A stretch of 64,000 bases of DNA, taken from the NCBI RefSeq assembly GCF_037042905.1, contig NC_087250.1, forward strand, positions 20,400,001-20,464,000. The letters are read 5' to 3'. Made by a program: the position numbers and the translations under genes. Each line of letters opens with the position of its first letter. Position 1 is the first letter of the stretch. Shown in pieces: positions 12,501-25,582 of this stretch. Source of the DNA: Lytechinus pictus (Eukaryota). The notes beneath the pieces were generated by a model that saw nothing but the letters and a program-made list of their open reading frames with translations, made no database searches and was not told where the DNA came from.

Positions 12501-13620
12501 TCAAAACATAAATTATTCATTCATCTTTTCAAGAAATCACATATTTGTAAATGCTTTTTAAAGATTGTGTAATTTATTGTGTAATTAATTTTCTCTTAAA
12601 AAGATGATTACGTTTTTTTACAGAATGTTTCGCACTGTAGAACACTTTTCTCAGCAAAACAGTGCACAATAAGAACTTACTCTGTAAAACAATTAGTCTA
12701 ATTTGCACTGAAATTTGTAAATACAGTTTCCTTAGCTGTAAATATAGTTCAATATTGTGTTAAGAAATAAATTTTGTGAAAATTTGACATTTTTTCAGAA
12801 TGCTAATCTTTTTAGACTTGATTTTTTTGTTGTTGGTCAGATTCATTATAAACATGGCTCATAAGAAGACTGACCCTGCATCATCAAGCGAGGGCGCAAC
12901 AGGAACAGGTGGAACAGGTATGAAGCATCAATATATCAATAGGTGGATAGAGCTACAATGTGCTCTTGAGACCAAAAAAGTACTCCAAATGGTCAAAAGT
13001 TCAAGTGGGCAAAATGAATTCCATACTTGTTTTCTATTGCATGTGTGCGCATTGTTACACATGGTATGGCTTCATAGTGTTGTATAGTATTTTTCCTTTG
13101 CTTTAAGGTCATGCATGCATCAGCGCACAACGGGCTCTATCCAGCTTATTGATATTGATAGAATGAAGTCATTTTATTCTTGATAACTCTCATTTCAAAT
13201 CAGATATTCCATTTTATGTCACCGACATTTACAATCACTCAAAATTCAAATTTTATTGTGTTTGTGTATTCAACCAAAGTATGGCTGCTTGCGTACATGC
13301 GATCAATGTCTTGAAATGGCCCAGTTAGAATATTAAGGTTATGGTATCATTTTTATAATCGGGATCATAATTATTTGATTTCTTTTATCACTGTCATGCT
13401 AGATTTAATGACCTTCCTGAAAGGTCTCCGGGATTCAACCGTCAGGGCGATGCTACGCACAACCGGGGGAGGAGGAGGGGATGCGGATGAGCATCCTGTT
13501 TCCAAGTCAACCCTTCCAAGATGGGTGAAAGGAGATGGGATGAGAGTCGTCCAGGTCACATCCGTGTTTATTGCTGCGGTAGCGGGGACCATGTTGATTA
13601 TGAAGAAGCTTTCCCGATGA
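531..13620 (+). CDS. IDO: Indoleamine 2,3-dioxygenase family heme protein, 5'-partial (388 aa in window), with C-terminal hydrophobic tail
   Basis: Exons 531-650, 1712-1845, 3353-3473, 4800-4896, 5752-5803, 8264-8339, 9137-9218, 9903-9995, 11548-11644, 12841-12917, 13403-13620; all AG/GT-bounded, phases join, total 1167 nt ending in TGA. IDO motifs: YGYVW..VLP, NW, FFNVFRPYIAGW, GLIYEGV, SAAQSS, YMPKPHR, FRDSHLQVVTRFI (proximal His), GTGGTDLMTFLK. The first exons lie upstream of the window. Confidence 0.93.
850..1243. mobile_element. Non-autonomous DNA element ending CCTTTAA; related decayed copies ~13741-14133 and inverted ~52420-52775
   Basis: Shared blocks such as gttgcagtaaaa, tctagatctggtaca and tttggcacatattttttattcataca between copies. 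Confidence 0.6.
1902..2243. mobile_element. hAT-like MITE with poly-G/poly-C arms
   Basis: TIR catgggcggaaatccc / gggatttccgcccttg; flanks catacata / tatacata (7 of 8 match). Confidence 0.7.
2828..3260. mobile_element. MITE with TIR cagggtgctacataa / ttatgtagcaccctg
   Basis: 15-bp perfect TIR; internal cttgccc/gggcaag repeats. Confidence 0.7.
5197..5690 (+). mobile_element. tRNA-derived SINE interrupted by a small inverted-repeat MITE (~5366-5602)
   Basis: A/B-box-like gtggctgagtgg...ggttcaaatccc; insert has tgggtgatttcaagtccagtgttgacc / ggtcaacactgaacttgaaatcaccca. Confidence 0.6.
5815..6230. repeat. Degenerate intronic tandem repeat (core atccagtgctagtgttt)
   Basis: Core recurs at ~5843, 5960, 6082 and 6140; the segment gtgctttgctatatctaca also recurs. 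Confidence 0.55.
6243..6520 (+). mobile_element. tRNA-derived SINE; same family inverted at ~43166-43380 and as a fragment at ~19243-19350
   Basis: tagctcacgtcgg A-box and ggttcgattccc B-box, then gtgccctgtggtaaggcatt; (tat)n tail; near-identical copies elsewhere in the window. Confidence 0.8.
6522..8187 (+). mobile_element. Helentron/HINE-like non-autonomous element containing a tRNA-like segment (~7773-7835)
   Basis: 5' subterminal ttaggtgatctgtc and 3' gacagatcacctaa, followed by hairpin aattcgtc..gacgaatt and ctagtt end. Confidence 0.6.
8301..8885 (+). repeat. Tandem array (~90-113 bp, ~6 units) derived from the 3' part of an IDO exon plus its splice donor
   Basis: ggtctgatct...cctttctgtg units at 8301 (real exon), 8410, 8518, 8608, ~8721, ~8808. 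Confidence 0.85.
10056..10827. mobile_element. piggyBac-like MITE (CCCT...AGGG ends, TTAA TSD)
   Basis: TTAA at 10052-10055 and 10828-10831; inverted near-identical copy at 55725-56498; related element ~16616-17877. Confidence 0.85.
11199..11478. mobile_element. ~280-bp MITE family (gggccc..gtcttacaaagagtt ... aactctttgtaagacgggaccc)
   Basis: Clear TIR; further copies ~14306-14579, 14621-14882, 42526-42789, 43010-43485, 55701-56752. Confidence 0.8.
11787..12243. mobile_element. TTAA-flanked AGG...CCT MITE (Kolobok/T2-like)
   Basis: ttaa|aggggaagttcac ... gtgaacttcccct|ttaa; partial copy ~59060-59390. Confidence 0.8.
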
Positions 13621-14305
13621 TGTTTGCTTCTCATATTTTTTTCACGCAGTGAAATTGAAACAAATGTGGGTCCCTCTTTCAAGTTTGTTCAAGAGTAGGT
13701 TGGCTGTAATAAAGGTGAGTCCGCCTTAAAGCCATATCTCTTTAAGGTAAAAGAAAGAAGTTGCAGCAAAAAAATTATTTAATGGGAAAGTCTTTTTAAT
13801 CAAGGTTTATTTTCACCATATTATCATAGATCTAAATCTGGTACATTAATGTAACTGATCTTAGTTTGTGAAATCATGAAATCTTAGCTCAAAACCAATA
13901 ATTCTTATGATCACTAACACAGAAAATCCACAAGTCAGACAGTGTATTAATATTGCTTGAAAAAATACCTGACATTTATTTTGCTCATTTTTCAGCAATT
14001 ACGCATTTTCTTCCAAAACCATTTGGCACATATTTTTTATTCATACATACATTACAAACACTTAGGTGGTAATATAATTGGACTCTATTTAAGCTCATAT
14101 TGATATCGCTACCACCACTGGTATTTATCTTTAAGATCATGGAAATCTTTTTAATTTTGGCAAAACTCAACTAAGTCATCAATAAAACATGTGCAGGTGA
14201 CTCTTCCTAATTTGGATCTCTTGGTTCCAAAGAAATCTGTAGGAATTTAAATAAAATTGATTTAATTAAATCCTATTTTATGTAGCCCTTTTGTATGCAA
14301 GCCAT

Positions 14306-14882
14306 GGCCCCGTCTTACAAAGAATTTCGGTTGATCCAATCAATCACAACTATGGAAAGTCAGCAACGTCAACATCTAAAATATATGTTTCTTCAAGATA
14401 TTTTCTAGATATTGTGATGTATATTTACACATTCAGTGTTTTCTTGGCAATTCAGACTGCTTCTCTTTGTTTACAAAGGACATTGTGCAAATTTCCTGTT
14501 GAAAAAATTATGACACTGATGGATTTCCCTAGAGTTACGATTGATTGGATCAATCTTTATTCTTTGTAAGAGGGGGCCCATTGATCAGCAGTAAATTTTG
14601 CAATTAATTGCAAGACTTCCGGGCCCCGTCTTTCAAAGAGTTATTGTTGATCCAATCAATCACAACTATGGAAAGCCAGCAACATCAATATCTAAAATAT
14701 GCTTCTTTTAAATATTTTATAGATATGATGTATATTCACTGTTTTCTTGGCAATTCACTTTGCTTCTCTTTGTTTACCAAGGACATTGTGCAAATTTCCT
14801 GTAGAAAAAATAATGACACTGATGGATTTCCATAGAGTTACGATTGATTGGATCAATCATAACTCTTTGTAAGACAGGGCCC
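14306..14882. mobile_element. Two tandem copies of the 280-bp MITE
   Basis: Both copies are followed by the same flank gatcagcagtaaattttgcaat, indicating local tandem duplication. Confidence 0.75.
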
Positions 14883-15538
14883 AGTGATCAGCAGTAAATT
14901 TTGCAATAAATTGCAAGAGTTCTGATTGATTTTGGGACCTAAAATTGACTTGCAATCAATCACAAGCTTCTAGCACCACCCCATTAGAATAAATTTGCCT
15001 TAGAAGATGTTTTTAACTTCATGTTCTGAGTATTATGGGCTATGTAACAAAGGTTTTGCGGTGAATTGCAAACATGAAAGAACCACTCTGATCGGTTCCC
15101 GGTCAGTATTTTAAACAGAGTGCGCATGCAACGATGATTGTGATTGGTCATTTCATTTAGTGATTGATTGCAAAAAGTCACAACACAAAAGTTAGTGATT
15201 AATCGTACATTTGATTTTCACGATTGATTGTACATTGTAGTCAATACAATCAATCGTAGAATAATGTTCTATGATCATTGCTAAGCTTTGTGTTACGGGC
15301 CCCAGTCTGTGATAATGGTTCGAGTTTGTTGATTAAATGATGTATCGAAGGTGGCCTTATGCAGAGTGTAGTGTATTTTCTATTTGGGGCCCTGTTTCAT
15401 AAAGACCTACAATTATAGTAAATTTGCCATTATTGTTACTAAAATGGAATCCTCATCGGTGATTGCCTACTGAGGACTGTTTTCATGGTAGATGTAATAA
15501 TATCAAAGTCACTACCATGTCCTATTATGTGGATTTGT

Positions 15539-15790
15539 GGGGGCGTCGTGGTATAGTGGTTAAGACTCGTCTTTCAATCTGAAGGACATGGTTATATTCC
15601 CAGTCATGGCGTGTTTTCCTTCAGCAAGAAATTTACCTACATTGTGCTGCACTCAACCCAGGTGAGAAGAGTCGGTACTGGCAGGAAGTCATTCCTCAAA
15701 AAGCCGTGAGCACTGGAATCGGTAGACAATTAGCCAGGGTAATAAAGGAGTGCCCTGAGCTCCTATTCTTCCTAACAAGGTGGATACGTA
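15539..15790 (+). mobile_element. tRNA-derived SINE (decayed)
   Basis: ggggcgtcgtggtatagtggttaagact head; ttccttcagcaagaaattta...gcactcaacccaggtg body. Confidence 0.65.
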
Positions 15791-15952
15791 AAACGGGCCC
15801 GTGATCTTATTTCCACTTAAGCGATTATTTGACTTTTGAGAAAGTCAACACACATGTATGCCGACTCTGCTGTATTTGCAGACCCGCTTTTGCAGGGCTC
15901 TCTGCCAAACGGGTATCAATCAAATCATAAACTTGTTAGCATATCATATACT

Positions 15953-16468
15953 TTTTGTCTCGCCCACCGGATCTGAAGGCGAGACTTAGGGATCAAAATG
16001 TCGTCTGTCCGTCACAAACCTAATGACACATAACTCCACAACCGTAAGTCGCTTTTCAACCAAACTTGGATGGTAGATGGACTTGGGGGACCTGCATGTT
16101 ATGCTGCAGTCGGAGGTCACATGGTAAGGTCAAAGGTCATTTTCAGGTCAACGTTAAAGTTTACATGCAAGACTCTCTTATGACACCTAATTCCGCAACA
16201 GTAAGTCGCTTTTCAACCAAACTTGGATGGTAGATGGACTTGGGGGACCTGCATGTTATGCTGCAGTCGGAGGTCACATGGTAAGGTCAAAGGTCATTTT
16301 CAGGTCAACATTAAAGTTTACGTGCAAAGCTCTTCTGACAAGTGTTATTCCATCCCAGTCATTTCACAATGAAGTTACGATACAATTCTGTTGCGTGCCC
16401 TCGTAAATCATTTTTTGTTGTTGGTTATTTTCATAAGTGGGCGAGACACAAAATCGCTTTTGCTTTGT
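15953..16468 (+). mobile_element. Helentron/HINE-like element with an internal ~157-bp tandem duplication
   Basis: gtctcgccca ... tgggcgagac subterminal inverted repeat; two units containing aggtcaaaggtca. Confidence 0.6.
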
Positions 16469-16994
16469 ATTATGTTACCAACTGAAATACAATGGATATA
16501 TTTATCGCATTTCAGATTTTGCGTTTCTGTACATATATTAAGTATAGTACTGGTTTGCCTATTATAATTTTTGACGTATATTTTTGTCTGAATGTTTGAT
16601 GTCTTTTTATTTTAACCCCTATCTAGGCCAGGGGGGGGGGGGCCTCACAGGCCCCATCTTGAGATCTCAACCGTTGATCGCACCGAGAATTGGCACACAA
16701 AATTATAAAGTAGTAATTTATTTCATGCAAATGACTATTATAATTATGGTGTAATTAGTATGCAAAATCATACTTTTTCTCCAGATCCCTACATAAAGCT
16801 CTAAATGTTCTATCTTATGGTATAAAACTCTTCACGGTGTTCTTAGCAAATGTGCATGAAAAATTTGCAATATCAGATCAATTTCTTGTGTATTATATTG
16901 TTTTTTGCAATTTATTATGTATTTCTATGTTTTTTGGACCTTTTTTTTCAATGAACTTTGTCAGGGACTCTTTTGAGATCATAAACAGCATTAA

Positions 16995-17576
16995 AGGAGA
17001 ATGAAACCCTTGAAACTAGCTGAATCCATATCAAAGAGAAAATCAAAGAAACATATTGTTGAAAGTTTGAGGAAGATTGAATGAATAATAAGAAAGTTAT
17101 GAGCATTTGAATATTGAGATCTCTAGTGCCATGTAGATCCTCCCATCGGCAATGCGACCAAGATCTGTGATATCACACACGTACAACTCCCTCATTACTT
17201 TAGTACTTATTTCACTTATATTCTCACTTTTATAGAGTCTATCACAAGGTTAGGTGTTTTCTTTATGAGATGACAAGAACAGAGGTTTCACAACATTATA
17301 TCATTGATGAATCGTTTGTCATATGATTAGAATGAGCAAAAAGAGATGTTTTGGGGTATATTTTCAGTGTCCGAATGGGAGAGTTGTACGTGTGTGACAT
17401 CACAGATCTTGGTCGCATTGCCAATGGGAGGATCTCCATAGCATTAGTGATCTCGACATTCAAATGCTCATAACTCTTTTATTGCTAGTCCTATTTTACT
17501 CAAAGTTTTGTTGATCTTATTCTTTGATTTTTCTGCTTTCACAAAAGCTAACTTGCTCCAAGAGTTTCATTCTCCT
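16995..17576. mobile_element. TTAA-flanked MITE nested in a piggyBac-like element; near-identical copy at 59787-60370
   Basis: ttaa|aggagaatgaaac ... gtttcattctcct|ttaa; internal inverted repeats. Confidence 0.85.
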
Positions 17577-18164
17577 TTAAACAAATCCATGTAACCCAGC
17601 AAAACTAAAAATAATCATACATTTATGAATTTTGGTTGAAAACATATATTTGCATTAACTTTGTACACGAAATCACATTTTTGAGCAACTTTGGGTCTGA
17701 CATACACTTACAAAATGTTGTGTAATATCGAAACGCATACCCGAACGTCACAAAATTGGTCTCGAAATTTGCGCAAGACTTAAAAGTAAAAAGTCAGTGA
17801 GCAACGTGGTCAAAAAAATTTCGAAGGGCGAAATTATTGCGCAAGTCGTTGAGGGCCCCCCGGCCTAGGTAGGGTGTAAACCTTCAGTTGGGTCTATGTA
17901 TCCCTCTTCAATATTAGCAATCTATTGTTTCATCAACATGTGTAAATGCTGAAATAAATTAATATAATCGAATTGGAAAGGTCTTCATTGCACCTGTATG
18001 TTATTGTTTGAAAATTACTGGCCCTATATAAATAAGTATTACAATTCGTGTGACTTTATTGCTAGTTGCTACTTCATAATTCATTATACTTGTAAGTTGC
18101 TATCAGCTGCAAAATGTAGCCAATCAGGCCATAAATTGGGGAAAGGGGGGTAGCTAATCACGGT

Positions 18165-20330
18165 GTGAGACAGTTTGTGTTCCCCTATGTGAACATGTGA
18201 AACACTACCATTTGGAACACACTATGCTTTACTCTATACACACTATGAAATAGTTTGCGTTCCACTATGCAAACATACTAACACCACAATGTGAACACAC
18301 ACTGTTTCACTCTGTGAACACACTATGGAACACACACTGTGTTTCATGCTATAAAAAAACTATCAGCCAGTTTGTGTTACCCTATGTGAACATGCTTAAC
18401 ATCACACTTCAGGCCACACTGTGTTTTACACTATGAACACATTATAAGACAGTTTGTGCTCCACTTGAATACTACACTTTGGACACACGATAAAGCATTT
18501 CACACTGTGAGACAGTTTGTGTTCCACTATTTGAACATACTAATCACTACACTCACTATAAGACAGTTTGTGTTCCACTCTTATGTGAAAATGCTAAACA
18601 CCATACTTTGGGACATACTGTGTTTCACTCTGTAAACACACTATAAACTAACTATGAGACAGTTTGTGTTCCACTTTGTGAACATACTAAACACTAACAC
18701 TCTTTGGGACACACTGTGTACACACCATAAGACAGTTTGTGCTCCACTGCTATGTGAAAATGCTAAACACCATACTACCGGACACACTGTGCTAAACTCT
18801 GTGAACACTCTATAAACACACTTTAAGACAGTCTGTGTACCACTATGTGAACATACTAATCTCTACACTGTGAACAAACTTTGAACACACTGCTTCACTC
18901 TGTGAACACACTATAAGACAGTTTGTGTTCCCCTTTGTGAAAATTCTAAACACCATACTTCGGGACACACTGTGCTTCACTCTATAAAAAAATATCAGCC
19001 AGTTTGTGTTCCCTTTGTGAACATGCTTAACACCACACTTCAAGCCACACTGTGTTTCACTCTGTAAACAACTATCAGCCGGTTTGTGTTCCCCTTTATG
19101 AACATACTAAACACCACAATTTGGGACACACTGTATTCCATCATGTGAACAACTGTCAGCCGGTTTGTGTTCCCCTATGCGAACATGCTAAACACCACGA
19201 TCTGGAACACACTGTGCTTTACTCTGTACACTCTGTATATTAAGGTCCTTCGGAGGGGACCTTAAGCCGTCGGTCCTCTGGTTGCTTGCTTACAAGCATT
19301 CATGCTTTCTTAGCAATCAGGTAAAAAAATCACCACCACCACCACCACCACACTATGAAATTATTTGTATTCCACTATGCAATCATACTAACACCACAAT
19401 GTGAACACACTGTGTTTTTTTTTTTTTTTTTGAATTCACTCTGTGTGTTCACTCTGTGAACACACTATGGAACACACACTGTGTTCCACTCTATAAAAAA
19501 AAGCTATCAGCCAGTTTGTGTTCCCCTATGTGAACATCCTTTACACCACACTTCAGGCCACGCTGTGTTTCGCCCTATGAACACATTATAAGACAGTTTG
19601 TGCTCCCACTATGTGAACATGCTAATCACTACACTCATTATAAGACAGTTCGTGTTCCACTTCTATGTCAAAATGCTAAATGCCATACTACCGGACACAC
19701 TGTGCTACACTCTGTGAACACACCATTAGACAGTTTGTGTTCCATATGTGAAAATGCTAAACATCATACTACCAGACACACTGCTACACTCTGTGAACAC
19801 ACCATAAGACAGTTTGTGTTCCATATGTGAAAATGCTAAACGCCATACTAGCGGACACACTGTGCTGCACTCTGTGAACACACCATAAGACAGTTTGTGT
19901 TCCACTGCTATGTCAAAATGCTAAACGCCATACTACCGGACACACTGTGCTACACTCTGTGAACACACCATAAGACAGTTTGTGTTCCACTGCTATGTCA
20001 AAATGCTAAACACCATACTACCGGACACACTGTGCTATACTCTGTGAACACACCATAAGTCAGTTTGTGTTCCACCGCTATGTCAAAATGCTAAATGCCA
20101 TACTACCGGACACACTGTGCTTAACTCTGTGAACACACTATGAAACAGTTTTTGTTCCACTTTGTGACCATGCTAATCACTGCACTGTAAACACTCTTTG
20201 GGATGTACTGTGCTTCACTCTATAAACACACTATAAGACAGTTTGTGTTTCACTACTATGTGAAAATGATAAACACCACAATATGGGACACACTGTATTC
20301 CACTCTGTGAACACACTATGAACACACTTA
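18165..20330. repeat. Complex minisatellite (~70-75 bp unit)
   Basis: More than 20 recurrences of gacagtttgtgttcc...aacacca...cacactgtg...ctctgtgaacacac; interrupted by a SINE fragment at ~19243-19350. Confidence 0.9.
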
Positions 20331-20659
20331 ATCTTGTACGTCGACATGATATGAGACAACAAAGAAATCGAAAACTGCATATTAACTCAGCCTTAATTGT
20401 GATGTACGTTGCCCATGCATGACTTATAGAAATAAAAATAGATTTAGATAAAAAAATACTCATGAATCATTGAAAACTTTATATAACACAGGATTAGACA
20501 GATTATTTTACTGAAGTGTGTGAATTCAGAGACTAATAAGTAACGTCGGTCCTCAAAAAGCTATCCGTGACGTCACACATAGTCCTAAATGACGTTATGA
20601 CATATTGACTTTCGATCTTGACTATGTTACACGAAGGTCAGCGATTAATACATATTCGA

Positions 20660-22770
20660 TAGAATAATAATAATTCAATTTTTATATAGCGCCTATCAAA
20701 ATTTCTCTAAGCGCTTTACATCACAAAACCTAACTACTTAACTTATCAACTTAACTACCTTACTTGACTAAACATCCAACGTAACTACCTTACATACAAT
20801 ATCTAAAATACCAACTTAACTACGGACATATTAACTGTAAAAAAAATCATACTATTTACGGAACAAAATAATATGTCTTAAATGCTACTTTAAAGGAACT
20901 TAGAGAAGAATGTGATCTTAAGCTAAGAGGAAGTGAGTTCCAGAGTGTAGGAGCCACAACTGAGAAGGCTCTGTCGCCATGGGTGTGGGAGGTTGCCTTG
21001 GGAACAACTAAAAGGTTCTTGTTGGATGACCGAAGTGATCGGGAGGGTTGGTAGGTGTTGATCATGCTCGCGATGTATGAGGGGGACTTTCCTTGGATGC
21101 TCTTAAATGTTATGACGAGGATTTTGAAGAGGATACGCTTCTCTACAAGTAGCCAGTGCAGTTGCTTGAGTGATTTAGATATATCCTGTTTTCGAGGGAC
21201 TTTATTGACAATTCTAGCAGCAGTGTTCTGTATTCTTTGTAGCTGAGAGATGAGATTTTGCGGAAGTCCAAAAATGAGACTGTTATTGTTGTCAAGCCTG
21301 CTAGTAATGAAAGCATGGACCAAGGCCTGCGTCACTTGGGTCGTAAGGTATTGTCTGATCTGTCCTATTCTTCGAATGGCAATCATGGCAGAGCGACAGA
21401 CTGCTGCAACATGTTCTTTCATCATAAGATGGCGATCCATTATGCATCCAAGGTTTCTTGCGTGGGAGGATGATTCAACTATACCTGGTTTCCAATAGCA
21501 ACAGACACTGATTCAGGTGAGGGCCGAAAACGTGATGAGAAGTGAACAATGTCTGTTTTAGATTCATTCATCGCGAGCATGTTTTTTTTTAGACCAAGCT
21601 TTGATATATCTGCAAGACATTCACTGATACGGGATAGCGACTGAGCCCTGTCAATTGGTTGAAAAGTCAAATATATCTAGGTGTCATCGGCGTACATCAT
21701 CGCGTCCAATCCATGTGCTTTTACAATATCATATATCGGAGCACTGTAGAGTGTGAACGTAAGTGGGCCAATCACAGATCCCTGGGCTACTCCACACGTA
21801 TCACTATAAACTCCTGAGGAAGAGCCGTTTATTGACACTACATGGGACCTGTCTTGCAAGTATGACTGGAACCAACTTAGGACCATGTCACAAAAACCAT
21901 AGCGTTCAGTCAATCTTCTTAAGAGGACTCGATGGTCGATCTTGACAAATGCCGCACTGTAGGTAGTTTAAGAGGACAAGCACAACTTCCTTGTGACCAT
22001 CAAGCGCAAGAATGTCATTTTGGACTCTTATTAGAGCTGGTTCAACCAAATGATGGGCCCTATATTCAGACTGGACATCTGGCAAAAGATTATTAGTGGC
22101 CAAATAATCATTGACCTGACCAGCAACTGTTCTCTCAACCAGCTTTGCCACAAAACTCAAGTTCGATATGGGTCGATAACTCTCATTTCGAGGAAGGTTG
22201 TCCTTCTTGATACTTGGTGACGCAATTGCCTGCTTCATTGTTTCTGGTACCACGCCTGCTTGAAGACTACTGTTGACGACATCAGTTAGGATAGGAAGCA
22301 ATGTTGGCGTGCATTTCTTTAGCAAAGATGTTTGAATTGGGTCCAGATTGCATGCAGGTAGAATTGGAGGCTGCCTTGATTGTCTTCAGCACTTCATCTT
22401 CTGTGACATCATCGAATTCTGCTAAAGAGGCATCACACGTGTCAGGAACTTGTACAGACATGTCTTGGTTGGGACAACAGTTCAACTCATCGCGCAACTT
22501 CTCGATTTTCGTTTCAAAGAAGTCACCAAATGACGTTGCGAGTTGTAGGTCAGAGTCATGTTCAGGAAGAACCATCAGCTGTCTTAGTATAGAAAGGCTG
22601 TTAGACGAAAAAGAGCACCGACTGTCAGAAGCACGCACCTTTTCAAGAAAATAACTGAACAATCTGATTGTTTCTTAGTCAGTCTACGGACCAAGTCTGT
22701 GATAGGCCATTTAATTTTAGCGATTAATCGTCGTGTTACGAGGCTCTGGTATACATAAAACTCCAAATCT
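20660..22770 (-). mobile_element. 5'-truncated, frameshifted L2/CR1-clade LINE (ORF2 reverse transcriptase remnant)
   Basis: Fragments YRPISNLSFVAKLVER, GVAQGSVIGPLTFTLY, YADDT, LVHAFITSRLD, LQRIQNTAAR, GDRAFSVVAPTLWNSLP in several frames; L2-type 3' end tgtaaagcgcttag..ggcgctatataaa with (tat)n tail. Confidence 0.92.
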
Positions 22771-24579
22771 GACAGAGTAAAACAAAAACCAATAACGCTA
22801 CTAACAAAAAATAATCAAATGACGCCGCATGAGAAGGACACATTCATAGATTAAACGCATACATACACATAAACAAAGTACACCCACACACATACCATAC
22901 ACACATGTACACCCACTTTCCTGCAACACACACACACACCCCACAAACAACGTTCACGATATTGTCAACGAGATCTGAACACTTTTTTCAGCACTCAGAA
23001 AACCTCTCAATCTAAGTTTCGTTATGACGTTGAATAACGTATGTACAGTGCAGTTACGTCTTTAATCACTCTTTGTATTTATTTTGTTATATAGATATTT
23101 GGCCTACATCTTGCGGGTCAATTTTCCAAAAAAAATAAAAATAAAAAATGAACGTTTAAGAAACTTGGTATGATATTCGATCAAACATAGAAATTAGAGA
23201 ACTACTAATTCTTGCTGACCAAACTGCTTAAATAATGAGGTCCCGTTTTCTGGTCAGTATACCCAATAAATTTAACTCGCTCCCCGCGGTTGCATATATA
23301 ATAAGCCCAATGATAATCGCAAATCTTTAAAATCTTAGTCCTACGTCGCTAGATCCATATCATTCAGGTGGAGGTACCGTGGCCGAGTGGTCTTGATCCC
23401 CGGCCACGACACCTATGCCGTGAGCAAGGCATTTAATGTACCATGTTCTTTTATCCTGCTTTCAAATAAATATGCATTATTGGTAACTTGGTGTGCACCG
23501 GGCGATTTTACATGAAGACAATATAGGCCTACCCCACCGCCGGCCCGACCCTATAGCTCTTCCAATCCGTGCTCCATGTGTTAAGTGATTACTCTTGGCT
23601 AATTTTTCAAAGTAAACCAAAACTTCTTTAAAGCAAAGACTCAAGAGCAATCAGTGCCAATATATTTTTTGTTAATACAAGTGAGAATTGGCTTGGTCAA
23701 CAAGTGTGCACGAGATCCCCTTAGCTAAATGACCTTATACACTTATTATTCAAACCCATTGAGCCATTCTCATTCTAATACGCAATGGTTTTGTCCAAAA
23801 AGAAAAGTAGGTGGCCGGAGGGGACAGTTGAAAGGGAGTGTTCAGGTGGAACGAAAATTAAATTTACAAAAAAAGGGAAGACCTTAGAAATCTTCTACAA
23901 TCGTCCGTTTCAGAGAGTACTAAATAACGTTGGTTTTATTGCTGGGCAAATCTGGCTGGCTGTGGACAACAACAGAGCAGCGCATATACTTTTTTACAAG
24001 TTATCGGATTGTGATATACAGTTGCCGCCAGGAGAGGAGAAGACTATCTTAAACTTGACCAAATAATATTGTTTGTAAAATCTTGCTTCTGACTCGACAA
24101 GTAGTATAACATATTCAACCGGTTAAGTTTCATTGAAGCGTACTGATCATAGTATTTCTTCCAACAATAACCAAGTCGTTTCCTGAAGTGCAGGGTGACG
24201 GAAAATAACCCAGGCCGGTTGGTTGGGTTTCTGTAAAACAAACTATTGCATCTGCTCCTTTTGTGCACGACTCCTCAAAATAATCTTTGCTCGGATGTTG
24301 ATATAGAAAGCCTTTGCTTCAAAGGGACTTTTTATATTAGATTTGGGCTTCTCAATACCGAAATTTTTATTGTTCTTGCATGTACCTCGCAAGACTGCAA
24401 GAGCTGATGTGATACCCGACTGACATCTATATAAAGTTGATCATAGATGTGATAACCTTGGATCAGCTAGCTTGTTCTACTGGAGGACTATATATATATA
24501 GTTCTACCCAGGAATTCTAAGGAGCAGCAATAAAAAGGAGAGGGGCATCTCAGCTACAGCAGTAGAAAAAATAAAGGTA

Positions 24580-24800
24580 ATTTGATGATGATGACGTTGA
24601 TGATAATGATGAGTGATGATGATGGTGATAATGATGACGACGATGATGATGATGTTGATGATTATGATCGTAAAGGTGGTCAATGATAGAGATAATTATG
24701 GTGATGATGATGACGATAAAGAGATGATGATGGTGATGAAGATGATGATGACGATGATGATGTTGATGATGATGATGATGCAATGCGTGATGATGAACAT
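24580..24800. repeat. (ATG)n microsatellite
   Basis: Long gat/gac/ggt triplet run. Confidence 0.9.
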
Positions 24801-25582
24801 CATTTCTTTAGCGCCAAATTATCTTTAAAAAAACATTTGAAGGCACCGGCTTCCTTATGTCGACACACTCACAAAGTTGCTTGAATGTGTCTAGTTCAGA
24901 TATAATATAATTCATCTCCCTCCTCGAGACATCAGATTTATTTGGGGGAAAGGGGCAATAATGAAAAATGTTAAACATTGCAAAAATCGGCTGCGAAGTG
25001 GATGCTAAAATCGCATTTTTTTTCTTTTTGTAATTCCCTCTATCGAGGATTTATTAATGAAACAAAATAAAATTCAGCAATACAAAATATACAAATCAAG
25101 GCAGCATCCTCCAGGGATCATAATGGCATATACAATGTTAGTATCAGATGAATTCAAATGTAGTGAAATAGTCTTCTTGGTAGCCTATTGTCTACCTTTT
25201 GCATATCTGTTCAATTAATCGAAATTTTCTGGCTATTTTTTTTTTTGACACATAAATAAGACCATTTTCTATGCTATCATACTGAGTTAAATTTCTTTCC
25301 AGAATAAACTTATAAATACACCATAGTGCTACTACTAAAACGAATGAATAAACAATATATTATTGATGTCGATTTTTATTTCTTTATGAAAAACATCTTT
25401 GATAACTCTCTGTAAATAAACAAACAAGGGTTCATTTAACTCGCAAGTGAAGAATGCCTGGATAACATCTTCTTCGACGTTCATCGCTAATAATTTTATC
25501 GCTGATAATAAATGTCTGTATATACCACTTCTGCCCTTTTACAGATTGTGACGTTTGTTGGATTGATATCTTTCTAATCATT

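Noticed and set aside
20856..22766. Active or domesticated reverse transcriptase
   Set aside because: Several frameshifts and stops, 5' truncation, retained LINE tail.
23785..24268. Short ORFs upstream of SLC10
   Set aside because: No recognisable homology or consistent exon chain.
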